Positions 1 to 8,565 of a DNA stretch of 64,000 bases are shown here, one piece after another. The notes beneath the pieces are model-generated. The model saw nothing but the letters and a program-made list of their open reading frames with translations. It was not told the origin of the DNA and made no database searches. How positions within the stretch are numbered: the stretch's first letter is position 1; each line of letters begins with the position of its first letter. The stretch lies in the NCBI GenBank assembly GCA_046290465.1, contig JBKAGP010000001.1, positions 320,001 to 384,000 on the forward strand, in the 5' to 3' direction. The translations under genes were made by a program, and so were the position numbers. The DNA comes from Planctomycetota bacterium. GTDB taxonomy: Bacteria > Planctomycetota > UBA1135 > UBA2386.

Positions 1-1
1 C

Positions 2-469
2 GTCGAGCAGGCCCTCGAGGGCGCCTGCATGGCCGCCGAGGCCGACTTCCAGGTGCGCGTCAAGGAGTTCCGCGGGGCTGGCCAGCCGGTCTACTCGATC
101 TACGCGTACGCGCAGTCGCAGCCCGGCGGCGTCCAGATGGTCGGCCCCAAGCCCGGCCAGCTGCACCAGCGCGTGTTGACGCTCAACGACCTGACCGCGC
201 AGCGCGCGTCGGGCATGAAGCCGATGAAGGTCGAGACGGTGCTGTCGGCGCTGGACCTCGCGATGGCCGACGAGAAGAAGCCGCCGCGCATCCGCTACCA
301 CGAGGACGCCGGCCTGCTGCTGGTCCGCGGCACCTACGAGCAGATCGAGGTGGTCGAACAGATCATCGTCACGCTGAGCCGCGACCTCGACAAGCAGGAG
401 ACCCGCTACGTGCAGCGCCAGCAGATGGAGGCCGTCGAGCGGGCGAAGAAGGAGCGCAAGCCGAAGTAG
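2..469 (+). CDS. Hypothetical protein, 5'-truncated by the window edge
   Basis: Frame is open from base 2 through the ORF-track start at 29; GC3-rich codons; C-terminal 'LLLVRGTYEQIEVVEQII' resembles a secretin N3/NolW-like repeat (weak). Confidence 0.65.
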   Translation, partial: VEQALEGACMAAEADFQVRVKEFRGAGQPVYSIYAYAQSQPGGVQMVGPKPGQLHQRVLTLNDLTAQRASGMKPMKVETVLSALDLAMADEKKPPRIRYHEDAGLLLVRGTYEQIEVVEQIIVTLSRDLDKQETRYVQRQQMEAVERAKKERKPK

Positions 470-482
470 GAGCGTCGAGGCC

Positions 483-1067
483 TTGCCCGATCCGCGCACT
501 TCGCTGCCGTCGGCACCGCCGGCGGTGGACCACACGTTCTCCGGTCGCATCGCGGCCGGGGACGAGCGCGCGTACGAGCAGTTCTATGAGGCGTGGTTCG
601 CGTCGACGCTGGCGCTGGCGCGGGCGAGCAGCCGGCGCGACGAGGCCTGGTGCCTCGACGTCGTGCAGGACGTGATGCTCAATGTCGCCCGCCGGATGCC
701 GGCGCTCGACAGCGACGAACGGCTGCGCGCGTGGATGGCGCGCGCCGTCGTCAACGCGGTCGTCGACCGCAGCCGCGCCGAGTCGCGGCGCAGCCGCCGC
801 GAGCGGGCGGTTGCCGACGTCGCGCCGACCCTCGCCGACGAGCCGTGGTTCGAGCTCGCGGAGGGGGAGCGGCAGCAGTGGCTGCAGCAGAGCGTGGCGG
901 CGCTGCCGGCGACCGACCAGGCGCTGCTGCAGGCGCGCTTCGGCGGGGCGTCGTCGGTGACGGCCGCCGCCGATGCGCTCGGGATCAGTCCGGACGCCGC
1001 CCACGGGCGGTTGCGCCGGGCGTTGCACAGGTTGCGGCAGAAGGCCGCGGAGTGGTGGCATGCATGA
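483..1067 (+). CDS. ECF-type RNA polymerase sigma-70 factor
   Basis: Region 2 (DVVQDVML...LRAWMARAVVN) and region 4 HTH (AAADALGISPDAAHGRLRRALHRLR); about 194 aa. Confidence 0.85.
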   Translation: MPDPRTSLPSAPPAVDHTFSGRIAAGDERAYEQFYEAWFASTLALARASSRRDEAWCLDVVQDVMLNVARRMPALDSDERLRAWMARAVVNAVVDRSRAESRRSRRERAVADVAPTLADEPWFELAEGERQQWLQQSVAALPATDQALLQARFGGASSVTAAADALGISPDAAHGRLRRALHRLRQKAAEWWHA

Positions 1068-1479
1068 GAGACGCGAATTGAGTCCGCTGGCGCAGCAGCG
1101 CATGGCGGCGATGTTGCCGCAACTGGTCGGCGCGGTGCGCTGGCGGCGTCGCCGCCGTCGGGCCGTGCAGGGGGCGCTGGTCGCGGCGGTGGTCTGGCTC
1201 GGGGTCGCGCTGTGGCCCGACGGTACCGCCGGCCCGCAGCCGGTCGACCCCGGACCGGTGCAGCGGGTTCCGATCTGCGAGGTCGTGCACGACGTGCCGG
1301 ACGTGCTGGCCAAGTACCGGGTCGAGCCGGTGCGGCGGGCCGACTGGTTCGTCGACGACGACGAGCTGCAGCAGTTCCTCAGCGAAGGGCAGCGGCCGAG
1401 CGGCCTGGTGCGCGTCGGCGCGCGCGTCACGGTCGTGCGTTCGGCGATCGATCCGTTCCCGAAGGGCGAGGCGGAGTGA
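1060..1479 (+). CDS. Small single-TM protein, candidate anti-sigma factor
   Basis: ATG at 1060 overlaps the sigma stop; Arg run followed by a hydrophobic helix ([18 protein letters not shown]). Confidence 0.6.
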   Translation: MHERRELSPLAQQRMAAMLPQLVGAVRWRRRRRRAVQGALVAAVVWLGVALWPDGTAGPQPVDPGPVQRVPICEVVHDVPDVLAKYRVEPVRRADWFVDDDELQQFLSEGQRPSGLVRVGARVTVVRSAIDPFPKGEAE

Positions 1480-1723
1480 CGGTCCGTCGCACGCGACGCG
1501 GCGGCACCGGATCGAAGCCCGGCTCGCAGAACGGGTGGCACCGGCACAGCCGCCAGACGGTCAGCCAGCTGCCGCGCACGGCGCCGTGCACGCGCAGCGC
1601 CTCGAGCGCGTACGACGAACAGGTCGGGTGGAAGCGGCAGGTCGGCGGCTTCATCGGGCTGATCACCTTGCGGTAGATCCAGACCGGCACCGACAGCAGC
1701 CAGGCGAGCGGCGAACGCGTCAT
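1427..1723 (-). CDS. yidD: Membrane protein insertion efficiency factor YidD
   Basis: YRKVISP...[17 protein letters not shown]...G.WL...RLCRCHPF...GFDPVP signature; ATG at 1723 overlaps the rnpA stop. Confidence 0.93.
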   Translation of the reverse strand: MTRSPLAWLLSVPVWIYRKVISPMKPPTCRFHPTCSSYALEALRVHGAVRGSWLTVWRLCRCHPFCEPGFDPVPPRRVRRTVTPPRPSGTDRSPNARP

Positions 1724-2112
1724 CGCCGGCGCCGGCCCTTTTGCTTTGGTGGCGGCTTGTGGAACGCCTTCTCGACCAGCCGCGCGAGTTCGACGCGCAG
1801 TTCCGCCAGCGGCAGGTCGTCGTCGCGGCGCCGCGGGATCAGCACCACGTCGCAGTTCTGCGGCATGCGCGCGCGCTCGAGCCGGAACGCCTCGCGCAGC
1901 ACGCGCTTGAGCTTGTTGCGCCGCACGGCCCCGCCGTGGTCCTTGCTGACCGACAGGCCGAGCCGCGGTGCCGGCACCTCGCCCTGGCGGCGCGGCCAGA
2001 CGACGACCGTCACCCAATCCCCGGACGCGCGCCGGCCGCGGCCGTAGACCGAGCGGAAGTCGCGCTGCGTCTTCAGCCGCAGCGAGCCGGGCAGCGTCGT
2101 CGCGAAGCTCAC
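1720..2112 (-). CDS. rnpA: Ribonuclease P protein component
   Basis: [32 protein letters not shown] (RNR-type motif). Confidence 0.93.
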   Translation of the reverse strand: MSFATTLPGSLRLKTQRDFRSVYGRGRRASGDWVTVVVWPRRQGEVPAPRLGLSVSKDHGGAVRRNKLKRVLREAFRLERARMPQNCDVVLIPRRRDDDLPLAELRVELARLVEKAFHKPPPKQKGRRRR

Positions 2113-2122
2113 GGCTACGAGG

Positions 2123-3082
2123 CTACTGCCGCAGCGCGTTGACCGCGTAGGTCTTCTTGTCGTGCTCGTCCGGCAGCTCCGACATCGACAGGAACAGGCG
2201 GAAGTCGCGCTTGGCGGCGTCCTTTCGCTCGAGGGCCATCAGCACGCGGCCGCGGTTGTAGTAGTCGTTGCTGCGCTTGGGATCGAGTTCGAGCACGCGG
2301 TTGAGCTGCGCCAGCGTCGCTTCGAGCTGGTTGCGGTCGAACAGCCAGTCGGCGTAGAGCGCGCGCACGTCGATCTCCTCGGCGCGCAGCTCGCGCAGGT
2401 AGCGGTAGCGCTCGGCCTCGTACTCGGGCGTCGGGGTGCGCTCGACGTCGGCGCGCACGACCGCCTGCTCGTCGGCCGACTCCTTCAGGAACGCCTTGGC
2501 CGACTTCTCGAACTGCTTGTCGTCGCCGCGCTGCAGCGCGATCTGCAGGCGGTGCTTGTGGGTGATGCGCAGCAGCGCGCCGAGGTCGAGCAGGTAGCCG
2601 AGCAGCTGGTCGGCGGCCTCGAGCCGGTCGCCGGCGCGCGCACGTTCTTGCTGGGCTTCCGACCACAGCTCGTCGCGCTTGTCCGGCGTGCGACGCGCGC
2701 GGTCCTCGAGGCGGATCGCCTCGCCGAGGTTGCGCAGGCCCTGCTTCTGCTGGGCGAGGCCGTAGTAGAGCAGCACGTACGGCTCGTGGCGCATCGGCGA
2801 GCGGCGGTCGAAGACCTGCTCGAGCTTGGTCGTGGCGCGGTCGAGCAGCTTCGGGTTGCGTTCGCTGGCGCGCAGCAGGATGGCGCCCTTGATCGCGTTG
2901 AGCTTGTAGTCGTCCGGGTCGATCTCGAGGCCGCGCTCGGCCTGGATCATCGCCTGTTCGAGCTTGCCGCCTTCGAAGTAGATCGGCGCGTTGCGCTGGC
3001 AGGCCGTCAGCACGTCCTGCTGTTCGGGGGAGATCGTCGAGCAGCCGCAGAGCAGCAGCAGGGGGAGGGCGTATCGGCGCAT
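2123..3082 (-). CDS. TPR-repeat lipoprotein
   Basis: Signal MRRYALPLLLLCGC with lipobox-like Cys; TPR helices (LNRVLELDPKRSNDYYNRGRVLMAL). Confidence 0.8.
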   Translation of the reverse strand: MRRYALPLLLLCGCSTISPEQQDVLTACQRNAPIYFEGGKLEQAMIQAERGLEIDPDDYKLNAIKGAILLRASERNPKLLDRATTKLEQVFDRRSPMRHEPYVLLYYGLAQQKQGLRNLGEAIRLEDRARRTPDKRDELWSEAQQERARAGDRLEAADQLLGYLLDLGALLRITHKHRLQIALQRGDDKQFEKSAKAFLKESADEQAVVRADVERTPTPEYEAERYRYLRELRAEEIDVRALYADWLFDRNQLEATLAQLNRVLELDPKRSNDYYNRGRVLMALERKDAAKRDFRLFLSMSELPDEHDKKTYAVNALRQ

Positions 3083-3314
3083 CGTGGACGCGAGGCTTGG
3101 GGACGTGGCAGCAGGGGGCAGGCTGCCTCGGAGGGGTCGGCCTTTCGGCGAGGCGGGAAGGATACGGCCTGATCGGCCGCGCTGTCGAGTCCGGCCCGGC
3201 TTCCGGCGACGTTGTTCTGCCGCCGGCGCCGATCCGCCGCGCCGGACGACGGGCTTCATCGCCGCGGTGGTAGGGGCTACGCTCGCGCCCTTCCCTCTGC
3301 CTGCCCGAGTGCCC

Positions 3315-4616
3315 ATGTCGACCAAGAAGCCCTCTCGTCGTTCGTTCCTCAAGACCTCCGCCGCCGTCGGCGGGGCCGTCGCGGCCTCCGGTTCGCTCGG
3401 CGCGCTGCGCGCCGCGTCGCCCGTGCACCAGGGCGGCGGCAAGCTCAAGGTCGGCATCGTCGGCGTCGGCGGCCGCGGCTCGGGCGCCGCCGTGCAGGCG
3501 ATCATGGCGGACAAGGAGAACGTGCTCTACGCCGCCGGCGACGCGTTCGTCGACCGGCTCGAGAACGGCCTCGCCGGGATCCAGAAGTCGGCCGAAGGGG
3601 CTGGCCGCAAGGAGCAGTTCCAGGTGCCGGCCGAGCGCCGCTTCGTCGGCCTCGACGCGCTCGACCAGGTGCTCGCCACCGGCGTCGACGTGGTGCTGCT
3701 GGCGACGCCGCCGGGCTTCCGTCCGATGCAGATCGAACGCGCCGTCGAGAAGGGCGTGCACGTGTTCGCCGAGAAGCCGGTCGCGACCGACGCGCCCGGC
3801 GTGCGCCGCGTCGAGAAGGCCTGCGCGCTCGCCAAGAAGAAGGGCATCTCGGTCGTCAGCGGCCTCTGCTACCGCTACCACGACGGCCGCCGCGCGGTCG
3901 TGCAGAAGCTGCAGGAAGGCGCGATCGGCGACATCCTGACGATGCAGGGCAACTACGTCACCGGCGAACTGTGGTTCCGCCCGGTCGAGGACAACTGGAG
4001 CAAGCTGCAGAAGCAGGTGCGCAACTGGCTCTACTACACGTGGCTGTCGTGCGACCACATCGGCGAGCAGCACATCCACACGCTCGACATGCTGGCGTGG
4101 ATCAAGGGCGACGTCTACCCGAAGGCGGCGACGTCGCTGGGTGGCCGGCAGAAGCGCACCGACCCGAAGTTCGGCAACGTCTACGACCACTTCGCGACCA
4201 CCTACGAGTGGGAGGACGGCACCCGCGGCATCGCCCAGTGCCGCCAGCAGAACAACTGCTGGCGCGACGTGAACGAGTACATCTACGGCACCAAGGGCAA
4301 GGCCAACATCTTCCGGCACCAGATCGCCGGCGAGGACCGTTGGCGCTACGCCGACAAGGCGCGCAACATGTACCAGGCCGAGCACGACGAGATGTTCGCG
4401 GCGATCCGCGCCGGCAAGCCGATCAACAACGGCGAGTACATGTGCAACAGCACGCTGATGGCGATCATGGGCCGCATGGCCGCCTACACCGGCAAGCGCA
4501 TCACCTGGGAGCAGGCGCACCAGAGCCAGGAGGTGCTGATGCCGAACCTGCTGACCTGGGACGACGAGCCGCCCGAGCACCCGGTCGCGATCCCGGGCGT
4601 GACCAAGTTCGTCTAG
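3315..4616 (+). CDS. Tat-exported Gfo/Idh/MocA family oxidoreductase
   Basis: SRRSFLK Tat motif; GIVGVGGRG Rossmann motif; FAEKP; EQHIHTLD. Confidence 0.9.
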   Translation: MSTKKPSRRSFLKTSAAVGGAVAASGSLGALRAASPVHQGGGKLKVGIVGVGGRGSGAAVQAIMADKENVLYAAGDAFVDRLENGLAGIQKSAEGAGRKEQFQVPAERRFVGLDALDQVLATGVDVVLLATPPGFRPMQIERAVEKGVHVFAEKPVATDAPGVRRVEKACALAKKKGISVVSGLCYRYHDGRRAVVQKLQEGAIGDILTMQGNYVTGELWFRPVEDNWSKLQKQVRNWLYYTWLSCDHIGEQHIHTLDMLAWIKGDVYPKAATSLGGRQKRTDPKFGNVYDHFATTYEWEDGTRGIAQCRQQNNCWRDVNEYIYGTKGKANIFRHQIAGEDRWRYADKARNMYQAEHDEMFAAIRAGKPINNGEYMCNSTLMAIMGRMAAYTGKRITWEQAHQSQEVLMPNLLTWDDEPPEHPVAIPGVTKFV

Positions 4617-4643
4617 TCCGTCTCGCGAGCAATCGCCCATGGC

Positions 4644-4678
4644 AAGGCCGGCTCACGAAGGCGTGAGACGGCCTTTTT
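4644..4678 (+). terminator. Rho-independent terminator
   Basis: aaggccg-g-ctcacg/aagg/cgtgag-a-cggcctt stem running into a T tract, 28 nt after the stop at 4616. Confidence 0.7.
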
Positions 4679-4712
4679 GCTCTGCAGAGAAACCATGAGC
4701 TAGACTCCTCCC

Positions 4713-5216
4713 GTGACGAGCACCATCGAAGGGAAGGTCGGCGCCGAGCGTCGGGATGAAATCGTGGTCGAGGACAACGGGGAGCGCCGGACGTTCGCGG
4801 ACCGGCGCCGTCGGCCGACGCCGATGTTCAGCCGTTATGTGCTGTGGGGCGGCCGCCGCCGCCATATCCGGCGCGATGAGGAGCGCGACGGCGCCTTCGT
4901 CGACGTGCACGGACCGGGCGTGCTGTTCGTCGTGCTGGCGATCGTCGCGCTCAACCTGCTCGATGCGTTCTTCACGCTGCTGTTCCTGTCGCACGGCGGC
5001 ACCGAACTCAACCCGGTGGTGCAGGTCGTGCTCGACTCGACCTGGCACCCGTGGCCGTTCCTGCTGCTGAAGACCGTCGGCATCGGCATCGCCTGCGCGT
5101 TCTTGATGATCGCCAAGCACTTCCGCCCGGCGCGCTGGGGCATGGCGTTCGTGTTCATCGGCTACTCGGTGCTGCTCGGCTGGCACCTGTTCCTGCTGCA
5201 GTACCTGCCGGTCTAG
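4713..5216 (+). CDS. DUF5658-like membrane protein with Arg-rich N-terminus
   Basis: LNLLDAFFTL...GGTELNP motif, about 3 TM helices; N-terminal ERR/DRR repeats. Confidence 0.7.
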   Translation: MTSTIEGKVGAERRDEIVVEDNGERRTFADRRRRPTPMFSRYVLWGGRRRHIRRDEERDGAFVDVHGPGVLFVVLAIVALNLLDAFFTLLFLSHGGTELNPVVQVVLDSTWHPWPFLLLKTVGIGIACAFLMIAKHFRPARWGMAFVFIGYSVLLGWHLFLLQYLPV

Positions 5217-5237
5217 CTCGGTCGGCAGGAGCCATGG

Positions 5238-6527
5238 CTATCGGCCCTGGTTGGACGCGCCGACCTCGCCGAATCGGAACCCAACGAACACGGCGGACTC
5301 GCCTTGCAGGTCGAGCGGCTGTCTGCCGTCGCGGTACTCGACGAAGAAGTCGTCGTAGGTGAGCGCCACGCGCACGAAGGACGTCGTGTCGAGGTCGGCG
5401 GCCTCGATCGACGACGGCGCATCGAGTTCGTGATAGAGCAGCCACTCGGCTTCGAGATCGATCGTCTTCTTGCCGTCGTCGCTACTCCAGAGCTCGTTGC
5501 GGTAGTAGGCACCCGCGCGTGCGCGCAGGAAGTCGTCGTCCACGCCGCCGGTGATCATCTTGCGCGACTCGTTCTCGGACGCGTCGACGGCGTCGATGCC
5601 GACCCAGAGGTAGGGGCCGCGGTTGAGGTTGGCCAGCTTGACGACCTGGTTGCCGCCCCGCAGCCAGCCGCAGAACCAGTCGAGCGGCTTGCCCAGTATG
5701 GGCAGCTTCAACTTGGCTTCGGCGCCGCCGACGAACTGCACGTCGTCGAAGTCCTGGTCGGTCTCTGCGCCAGCGTCGAACTCCAGCCACGCGCGCCACT
5801 TGCCCGTCTCGTCGAGCCAGGGGGCCAAGCCCGCCGTGGCTCGGTCCAGCTCGGGCCAGGTATCCTCGTCGACCGGGAACGCTCGGCCAGGCGCGATCTC
5901 CTGCCACAGTCTGCGGGCCTCCTTGAGCAGACCGGGCTTGTCCTGGTCGGAGGCCAGCGTCCACTCGGCATACAGCTTCGACACCTCGGCCAGCTCGGGC
6001 TCGTTGCGATAGAGCAGGCCCTCGCGTCGAAAGCTTGTGTAGAGCTCCTGACCCTGGCGCCGCGTCATCGTGTAGTCCTTGCGGCTGCCTCGATCCGGGA
6101 GCAGGTCCAAGGTCCAGCGCAGCTTGTGCTCCAGGCCCCGCGTCGGGGCGAGTTGTGCGTCGGCGGTGAGAACGCCCTCGCTCTTCAGATAGAGGTCCGC
6201 GCCCTCGAACAGGTGTTCGATCTTGTACTTGATCGCTGCGGTCGTCATGTCGCCCGCAGCGGAGGACACGGTCGTCGGTTCGATCTCGACGAAGTCGGTG
6301 AAGTCCCGACGATCGAGTCGGAACTCGGTGGATTCGATGTCGACGGGTTCCGTCGCGGCCGTGACGCGGTCCTGGGGCAGGCTCGGGGGCAGCGCAAGCG
6401 CTGTGTTGGACGAGTGGATCGTGGGCGAGGCGGAGTGGTTGCGGAACGGCCGGGGCGCCCCGCAGCTGCACAGAGCGAGCAGTGCGAGCAGCGCCAGCAG
6501 AACGGCTACGGGCTGGGATGGCATCAT
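5238..6527 (-). CDS. Hypothetical lipoprotein (429 aa)
   Basis: MMPSQPVAVLLALLALLALCSC signal; start overlaps the upstream stop (ATGA); C-terminal half has alternating hydrophobic strands. Confidence 0.65.
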   Translation of the reverse strand: MMPSQPVAVLLALLALLALCSCGAPRPFRNHSASPTIHSSNTALALPPSLPQDRVTAATEPVDIESTEFRLDRRDFTDFVEIEPTTVSSAAGDMTTAAIKYKIEHLFEGADLYLKSEGVLTADAQLAPTRGLEHKLRWTLDLLPDRGSRKDYTMTRRQGQELYTSFRREGLLYRNEPELAEVSKLYAEWTLASDQDKPGLLKEARRLWQEIAPGRAFPVDEDTWPELDRATAGLAPWLDETGKWRAWLEFDAGAETDQDFDDVQFVGGAEAKLKLPILGKPLDWFCGWLRGGNQVVKLANLNRGPYLWVGIDAVDASENESRKMITGGVDDDFLRARAGAYYRNELWSSDDGKKTIDLEAEWLLYHELDAPSSIEAADLDTTSFVRVALTYDDFFVEYRDGRQPLDLQGESAVFVGFRFGEVGASNQGR

Positions 6528-6916
6528 TCGCTCCTGACTCCACCGGTGGTGTGGTCGTCGACTGCCTTGAGCAGGTCCTTCATCGGTTTGCCACCCTGGC
6601 GGGCGATCGTGCGGATGCGTTCGGCGGCCTGCGCGGACGTGCTGTAGCCTAGCGCCATCAGCCAGTAGACCAGCCGCTCGGCGAACCAGGCTGCCTCCAC
6701 TTCCATCGCATCGTGGCTCGCAGCGTGGAAGCGAAGCTGGTCGACCTTGCCGTCGCGGAACGTCTTCCAGGACCGGGTCTTGATGTACGGTGGATTGGCG
6801 AGGCGGCAGAACTGAAACGTATGCACGACCTCGGGGCCGGATCTGGCCGTGGCCTTCTTCTTGTTTGCCTTCTTCTTGGCGGCGGGCTTCTTGCTGGTCT
6901 GCTTCTTGGCTGCCAC
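6524..6916 (-). CDS. Small basic hypothetical protein with Lys/Ala-rich N-terminus
   Basis: GTG start preceded by AAGGAG; AAKKQTSKKPAAKKKANKKKA tail. Confidence 0.65.
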   Translation of the reverse strand: MAAKKQTSKKPAAKKKANKKKATARSGPEVVHTFQFCRLANPPYIKTRSWKTFRDGKVDQLRFHAASHDAMEVEAAWFAERLVYWLMALGYSTSAQAAERIRTIARQGGKPMKDLLKAVDDHTTGGVRSE

Positions 6917-7133
6917 GGCGGACTCCTTGGCGAGAAAGGTAGGGGTGGACGGCAGACAGAACGCCAACGACGCCCATGATCGGTCAGGAAATCCCGCGGG
7001 AACGGCGCCGCCTCACCGCCGCGGCGCCCGCATCATCCAACCGGCTCCTGCGCGTCGAACGGCTGCAGCGCCAGCTGTCGGCCCTCGCCGCACCACGCGA
7101 GCCCCGGACCGCCGCGCCGGTGGCACGACGGCG

Positions 7134-8357
7134 TCACCCGGCCAGGATCGACATGGTGACCAGGCCAACCGCGAGCGCGACGAACGCCAGGACCGCCCAC
7201 ACCGTGCGCGCGCGGTTGCGCCGCACGAACCTGCCGACGCGGCCCCACGCGGTCGCCGGGCTGGACGCGCTCGGTCGCTGGTCGAACACCCGCAGCAGGT
7301 CCGCGGCGAACGCGCGCGCGCTCGGGTAGCGGCGGTCCAGATCCTTGTCCAGCGCGCCGGCGACCACGGCCTCGAGGTCGCGCGGCGCCTCCGGCCGCAC
7401 GCGGCGCAGCGGCGGCGCCTCGCCGTCGAGCAGCAGGTGCAGGGCCTCGGTCAGCGACCGGTCGCGCACGTCGACCGGCAGCGCGTCCGCCGCCAGTTCG
7501 AACAGCATGACGCCGAGCGAGTAGACGTCCGCACGCGCGTCGAGCCGCTGCGCGTCGCCGCGCAGCCGTTCGGGGCTCATGTAGGGCAGCGTGCCCATCA
7601 GTTGGCTGGTCTTGGGCATCAACACCGCCGCGTCGCCGCCGAGCACGCGCGCGATGCCGAAGTCGACCATGCGCGGCACCGGCTGCCCTGGCAGGCCCGC
7701 GACCAGCACGTTGCCGGGCTTGAGGTCCCCGTGCACGACGCCGCGATCGTGCGCGTGCTGCAGCGCTTCGCAGAGCTGCGCGAGCAGCCGGCAGCGGGCC
7801 TCGAGGTCGAGCCGGTGTTCGCGCACGAACGCGTCGAGCGGCACGCCGTCGACCAGCTCCATCGCGAAGAACGGCACGTCGCCGTCCGCCGACGCGAACA
7901 CGCCGGCGTCGTGCACGGCGGCGATGCCCGGGTGCCGCAGCGCTGCCTGCGCCTCGGTCTCGCGCAGGAAGCTGCGCACCCGCGCGGCGTCGACCAACTC
8001 CGGCCGCAGCACCTTCAGCGCGACTTCGCGGTCGGGCCGTTCTTGGCGGGCGCGGTAGACGATGCCCATGCCGCTGTGGCCGAGCACGCCGAGCACCCGG
8101 TAGCCGGCGATGCGCTCCGGGATGCGGGCGTCGGTCGGTGGTGGCTCGTTGCCGGCGGCAGCGTTGGCCGCCGCGTCGGCGTCGCGCCGCGAGTCGTGCG
8201 GGACGCGGCCGGCTGCGAGCATCGCCTCGACCTCGGCGCGCATCGCGTCGTCGCCGGCGCAGGCCGCGTCGAGGTAGTCACGACGGGCCGCTCCGTGCCA
8301 TCGCATCGCCTCCAGCAAGACGGCGCGCAGCTGCTCGAACGGGTCCGGCGTGGGCAA
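7134..8357 (-). CDS. Serine/threonine protein kinase, ends just after its TM helix
   Basis: LGHSGMGIVY, VALK, HGDLKPGN, DFG, GTLPYMSPE, DVYSLG; planctomycete-type N-terminus (YLDAACAGDDAMRAEVEAML); TTG start approximate. Confidence 0.88.
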   Translation of the reverse strand: MPTPDPFEQLRAVLLEAMRWHGAARRDYLDAACAGDDAMRAEVEAMLAAGRVPHDSRRDADAAANAAAGNEPPPTDARIPERIAGYRVLGVLGHSGMGIVYRARQERPDREVALKVLRPELVDAARVRSFLRETEAQAALRHPGIAAVHDAGVFASADGDVPFFAMELVDGVPLDAFVREHRLDLEARCRLLAQLCEALQHAHDRGVVHGDLKPGNVLVAGLPGQPVPRMVDFGIARVLGGDAAVLMPKTSQLMGTLPYMSPERLRGDAQRLDARADVYSLGVMLFELAADALPVDVRDRSLTEALHLLLDGEAPPLRRVRPEAPRDLEAVVAGALDKDLDRRYPSARAFAADLLRVFDQRPSASSPATAWGRVGRFVRRNRARTVWAVLAFVALAVGLVTMSILAG

Positions 8358-8565
8358 GGCGCGCCCGATGCTACGCGACCCGCGTCGGCGAAGCAGCGGG
8401 CGATTGCCTGGCCGCTCGTTCCCGCGTTGCGGCTCGATGCCGACGGAGCGGCGTCCGGTTCGGGCGGTCCCGCGAGCCCGGGGCCCCCGAAAATCTGCGT
8501 CGCCCGCGCGACATCCGCCGCACCGCGGCACTCCCGCCGCAAGCCCTTGCTGGGCCTTTCGCGAC

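Noticed and set aside
6976..7133. Possible read-through or frameshifted continuation of the kinase
   Set aside because: The in-frame continuation past the stop is short, Arg/Ala-rich and shows no TPR/WD40-like sequence; I saw nothing convincing in the other frames
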